Shown piece by piece: positions 60,000-64,000 of a stretch of 64,000 nt of DNA; position 1 is the stretch's first letter; the number at the start of each line of letters is the position of its first letter. Location: assembly GCA_963841915.1 (NCBI GenBank), contig CAWJEN010000004.1, forward strand, positions 32,001-96,000, written 5' to 3'. The stretch comes from an uncultured Planctomycetota bacterium (lineage in GTDB: Bacteria; Planctomycetota; Phycisphaerae; Tepidisphaerales; Tepidisphaeraceae). A program made the position numbers and the translations under genes. The notes beneath the pieces are model-generated. The model was not told the DNA's origin and did not search any database. It saw nothing but the letters and a program-made list of their open reading frames with translations.

Positions 60000-61371
60000 G
60001 CACCGACTCGTAAACGCGGGCGACCTCGGTCGCTGCGTCCTGCCACCGCATGCGTCGAACCTCGAATGCGCCGCGCTTGGACAACCCTTCTGCGTACGCG
60101 TCGTCTCCGAGCACCTTCAAGATCGCCTCTGCCATGGCAGCTTCGTCCCAGAAGTCGATTTTGATCACATGCTCGACAGCGCCGGCGAGGCCGCTTTGCC
60201 GTGAGATGATCGTCGGCACGCCGTCACGCATCGCCTCGAGTCCGACCAGACCAAACGGCTCACTCGCCGACGGCATAACAAAAACATCGGCCGCGGCAAA
60301 GAGCTGCCGAACGTCGTCTGGCCGCAGGTGACCGGCAAACAAAAACTGATCAACAATGCCCAGTGACTCTGCCAACCGTCGCGTCGGTTCGGCCTCAGGA
60401 CCAGCACCGGCAATGACGAATCGCGTGCCCGGCTCTTGCTCGAGCACCTTGGCAGCAGCCCGCACAAAGCCCTCGGGATTCTTCTGCTTGGCGAGGCGAC
60501 CAGCGAACATGACGACGCGATCGGCGCCGCCGAGACGCACGCTCCGCTCGACGGCGAACCGCTCGTCAGAGTCGGCGGCGTTGTGCACAACCGTGATCCT
60601 GTCCCGCGAGATCCCGTACCGATCGGCCACCACGTCTGCGGTGAAACTGCTTACGCACACCACCGCGTCGGCCCCGCGTAACCCGTCGGCCTCGGCCGCC
60701 AGCACACGCGGATCGGCCAGCTCACCGGCACGATCGTGTTCCGTCGAGTGGACATGCGCCACGAACGGCACGCCGAGCTTCGCCGCCGCCTCGTGGCCCG
60801 CCTCGAAGGTCAGCCAGTCGTGAGCGTGCACAACATCGAACTTCCGACCCTTTGCGGCGGCGTGTTCGGCGAGCTGAACGGCTGGGCCGGTGAAGTCGCG
60901 GGCATGCTCCGAAGGGTCCGCCGGGGCCGCGACATCGGCGCGGCGCGTCACGGGCCAGCGCCCGCCGGTTGGCCGCGACGGAGTAGCCGTCGGTGCGCTT
61001 GGCATTGCACCACTCGCGTAGGCACCAACCGCTTGCTGCCCGACGCCGCGGAAGCCGACGTTCTCGAACCCGTCGAGGTCGAGCCCGAGATCATCGCCAG
61101 GTTCGTCAGGCTGCATCGGATCGGCATCGCCCGCCGCGAAGCCGCTCTTGCCGGGCTTGGGCATGACGAAAAGCACCTGATCGCCTCGTCGGCTCATCGC
61201 CCGGGTCAGGCCGTAGAGGGCCACACCCACGCCACCGGTCACGTGTGGCGGAAACTCCCAGCCGAACATGAGCACATCGTGCGTGTCCGGCTCGGCCGGC
61301 TTTGCAGGCCGCTGCACGCTGGCATCCATGCCGGCTTCAATTTCGTCCATAGGTTGAGTGAGATTCGACAC
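59992..61371 (-). CDS. Glycosyltransferase family 4 (glycogen-synthase-like)
   Basis: MFGWEFPP...GG, HAHDW, HSTE, EPFGLVGLEA. Confidence 0.88.
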   Translation of the reverse strand: MSNLTQPMDEIEAGMDASVQRPAKPAEPDTHDVLMFGWEFPPHVTGGVGVALYGLTRAMSRRGDQVLFVMPKPGKSGFAAGDADPMQPDEPGDDLGLDLDGFENVGFRGVGQQAVGAYASGAMPSAPTATPSRPTGGRWPVTRRADVAAPADPSEHARDFTGPAVQLAEHAAAKGRKFDVVHAHDWLTFEAGHEAAAKLGVPFVAHVHSTEHDRAGELADPRVLAAEADGLRGADAVVCVSSFTADVVADRYGISRDRITVVHNAADSDERFAVERSVRLGGADRVVMFAGRLAKQKNPEGFVRAAAKVLEQEPGTRFVIAGAGPEAEPTRRLAESLGIVDQFLFAGHLRPDDVRQLFAAADVFVMPSASEPFGLVGLEAMRDGVPTIISRQSGLAGAVEHVIKIDFWDEAAMAEAILKVLGDDAYAEGLSKRGAFEVRRMRWQDAATEVARVYESVLR

Positions 61372-61405
61372 GTTCTGCGCAAGCTATGTCAGCTACGGCT
61401 AGACG

Positions 61406-61774
61406 TCAATCTGACTGGTCGTTTCGCATCTCGCGAAGCCGGTCGAGCAGCCTCGTAATTTCCCACTGGGTCTCTACGGGCGCAGTCACGACGAGGCCGC
61501 CTTGGCCGTTGCGTTCGATGGTTGAGGCGCCTTCGACATCCCATTCGGTCGAAGCGACCGTGTCCTTCAGCAACAGGACGACTTCATCTATGTCTGCATC
61601 ATCGTACTGCGGCTCCATCTCCGGTTTGACTAAATCAACTTCCGGAGGGAAGCAGATCATCATCGGGATTCTGAGCATGCTGACGTCATGCAACGAGGAA
61701 GGATGAGGTTGCTCCCTCTCCGACCCCGCGGGCAAGGACGCGGCGAGAGCCAGTACCAAGAGCGTGCAGAGCAT
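61406..61774 (-). CDS. Small exported hypothetical protein
   Basis: Signal peptide MLCTLLVLALAASLPA; TVASTEW...LVVTAP...EITRLLDRLR; atypical codon usage. Confidence 0.55.
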   Translation of the reverse strand: MLCTLLVLALAASLPAGSEREQPHPSSLHDVSMLRIPMMICFPPEVDLVKPEMEPQYDDADIDEVVLLLKDTVASTEWDVEGASTIERNGQGGLVVTAPVETQWEITRLLDRLREMRNDQSD

Positions 61775-61840
61775 GAAATGCTGGGTTGTAGACAGTTCTT
61801 CCAGCGGCAGCAAGACCGATTTTCACTCTAGCGGCTTAGC

Positions 61841-64000
61841 CTAACCCGCTTCGCCTCTCCAAGCTCTGCGAAGTATATCAACAGTCGTCGATTCACCACT
61901 TTTCAGGGAAAATGTCGGCGTCGTAACGACAGAGCCGAGCCTTGTCGCGACGACTGCGTCGCCGAAGGTCAGGTCGCGCCCGGCGAGCACGTAAGTCGTC
62001 AGCGGCTCCTCGAACGAGGCATCTTCGTGCTCGAGCTCGACGCCGAAGTCACCGCCGATGGCCATTTCGGCGACGGCGGTGAGCCAACCGCCGTCGCTCA
62101 CATCGTGGGCGGCCGTGACGCCGCCGCTGCGGATCAGGCGGCTGACTTCGAGGTGGGCCTGCCAGCGGTCGTCCAGCGAGTCGCCGGAGGCTGCGACGAG
62201 GTAGAGCGTGTCGCCGGCTCGCTTGAGGTCGCTTGTCACACAGTTGCGGACGTCCTCGGTGATGCCGAACGCGCTGATGAGCAGCGTCGGCGGGATGCGG
62301 GTCGTCACGCCGGTCTTGGCGTCGGTGTATTGGTTGTGCAGCGAGTCCTTCCCGCTGACGAACGGCGTCTGCCATGCCAGGGCGACGTCGCGGCAGGCTT
62401 CACAGGCGAGGACGAGGGTGCCCATGGCCTCAGGCGAGTCGGTGCCGGGCCAGCAGAAGTTGTCGAGTAGGGCCAACCGGTGCGGGTCTACGCCGACGCA
62501 GATGGCGTTGCGCACGGCTTCGTCGATGCTGGCGACGCTCATGGCGTAGGCGTCATCGGTAACGTGCGGAGCAAGGCCGCAGGCAATGACGACGCCGCGG
62601 TTCGAGCCTGCCTTAGGCCGAACGACTGCGGCATCTGCCGGACCGATCTGCAGCGGCCCGACGAATGGCTTGACAATCGTGTTGCCTTGCACCTCGTGGT
62701 CGTACTGCCGGACGATGCGGTGCTTGCTGGCGACGTTGGGGTGAGCGAGCACCCGAAGCAGGGCGGCATCGATCCCGTCGCCGCTGCCGCCCGCATCCTG
62801 CAAGTGATGAGCGCGGGTCACATTGGGGCCGGAGCTAGTCCGAACGGTCGCCTCCCGCGTCGGCATCGGGATGCCGTCGTGAAGGAACGCCATCGACATG
62901 CGGGCGACCTCGGTTCCCTGCCACGTCAGCCGTAGCTCCGGCTCGCCTTGGGACCCGAAGGTGCCAATCGGAGTCGTCTCGACGTCGTGCTCGTCTGATA
63001 GGGCCAACAGCTCGCTGAGCGTGTCGGAGGGCACACTCAGAACCATCCGCTCCTGTGCCTCGCTGATCCACACCTCGTCATACCGCAGCCCGGCATACTT
63101 CAACGGCACCTTCTCGAGTTGCACCTCCGCCCCGACGGCTTCGCCCATCTCGCCAACCGCGCTTGACAAGCCACCCGCACCACAATCGGTAACGGCTGTA
63201 AATAACTTGCGGTCACGGGCGATGAGCAGCACGTCAGCGACCTTCTTCTCAGTAATCGCGTTACCGATCTGGACGGCGTGGCTGAACTCGCTGCCGTGCG
63301 TGTCGGTCAGCTCGGCACTGCTGAAGGTCGCCCCGTGGATGCCGTCGCGACCGGTCCGACCGCCCATGACGACCACGTGATCTCCCGGCCGCGCGGCCTT
63401 GTCGATCTTGTCCCGCGGCAGGATGCCGACACAGCCGCAAAATACGAGTGGGTTGTAGCGGTAGTCGTCGTGGTAGACGACGGCGCCGTTGACGGTGGGA
63501 ATGCCCATTCGATTCCCGTAATCCCGGACGCCACCGACGATGCGGTCGAGTCGCGGGTCGCCGTGCTCGACGCAGAAGACGTCGGTGTTGGCAACGGGTC
63601 GCGCACCGAGACCGGTGCCCAGGACATCACGGACGACGCCGCCGGTGCCGGTCGCTGCACCGCCGTAAGGCTCGATGGCGGAAGGACGATTATGCGTCTC
63701 TGCTTTGAAGCAAACGCCGTCCTCGTCGTCGAAGGCGATGACGCCGGCGTTGTCGACGAAGACGCTGAGGCAAAACTCGTCGCCGCGCTCGGCCATGATC
63801 TGCATCGTGCTGGCAAAGATCGTCTCTTTGATGATGTTGCCGTAGCGACGAAGCTGACGGCCGCCTTCATCGCGGACGATGACCTCGCTCTTGAGCGTCT
63901 TGTGGACGCAGTGCTCGCTCCAGGTTTGAGCGATCGTTTCCAGTTCGCAATCCGTCGGCTCGCGGCCTTGGCTCTTGTAGAAGTCACGCACAGCCCGCAT
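61841..64000 (-). CDS. purL: Phosphoribosylformylglycinamidine synthase PurL, partial (5' end outside window)
   Basis: QTWSEHCVHK, KAETHNRPSAIEPYGGAATG, GRTGRDG, DCGAGG, SEAQERM, QYDHEV, HDVSDGG. Confidence 0.95.
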   Translation of the reverse strand: MRAVRDFYKSQGREPTDCELETIAQTWSEHCVHKTLKSEVIVRDEGGRQLRRYGNIIKETIFASTMQIMAERGDEFCLSVFVDNAGVIAFDDEDGVCFKAETHNRPSAIEPYGGAATGTGGVVRDVLGTGLGARPVANTDVFCVEHGDPRLDRIVGGVRDYGNRMGIPTVNGAVVYHDDYRYNPLVFCGCVGILPRDKIDKAARPGDHVVVMGGRTGRDGIHGATFSSAELTDTHGSEFSHAVQIGNAITEKKVADVLLIARDRKLFTAVTDCGAGGLSSAVGEMGEAVGAEVQLEKVPLKYAGLRYDEVWISEAQERMVLSVPSDTLSELLALSDEHDVETTPIGTFGSQGEPELRLTWQGTEVARMSMAFLHDGIPMPTREATVRTSSGPNVTRAHHLQDAGGSGDGIDAALLRVLAHPNVASKHRIVRQYDHEVQGNTIVKPFVGPLQIGPADAAVVRPKAGSNRGVVIACGLAPHVTDDAYAMSVASIDEAVRNAICVGVDPHRLALLDNFCWPGTDSPEAMGTLVLACEACRDVALAWQTPFVSGKDSLHNQYTDAKTGVTTRIPPTLLISAFGITEDVRNCVTSDLKRAGDTLYLVAASGDSLDDRWQAHLEVSRLIRSGGVTAAHDVSDGGWLTAVAEMAIGGDFGVELEHEDASFEEPLTTYVLAGRDLTFGDAVVATRLGSVVTTPTFSLKSGESTTVDILRRAWRGEAG

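Overview
GC-rich bacterial chromosome segment, most likely Planctomycetota (Phycisphaerae/Tepidisphaerales-like), judged from the DUF1559-type prepilin, PEP-CTERM and dockerin-like proteins and the integrase style. Bases 1 to ~20,790 are an integrative defence island abutting the 3' end of tRNA-Gly(TCC). It carries a tyrosine integrase; an unnamed 4-gene operon (GHKL/anti-sigma-type kinase, STAS-like+wHTH, small unknown protein, Cys-rich DUF4417/TGT-like enzyme); a restriction-like module (SNF2-DUF3883 helicase, AlbA_2-HATPase-wHTH, DUF1156 adenine methylase, HEPN-DUF499 ATPase); a HUH Rep-like ORF; a frameshifted large serine recombinase; and a degenerate DNA methyltransferase running off the left edge. 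The rest is mostly core genome (infA, rsgA, carB, rpe, accD, aroF, fliM, lemA, recN, lnt, ruvC, purL, sugar enzymes, tRNA-Val). Notable structure in the core part: three REP-like palindromes translated in frame inside carB, a complete Phe/Trp leader-peptide attenuator upstream of aroF, two perfect parS sites, and a probable metal-responsive operon (RGPP-ending His/Cys leader, DUF1559 prepilin, two choice-of-anchor-M-like PEP-CTERM proteins). Three genes are each split by one extra base, which may be assembly error. All family calls are from motif recognition by eye; no database searches were run.
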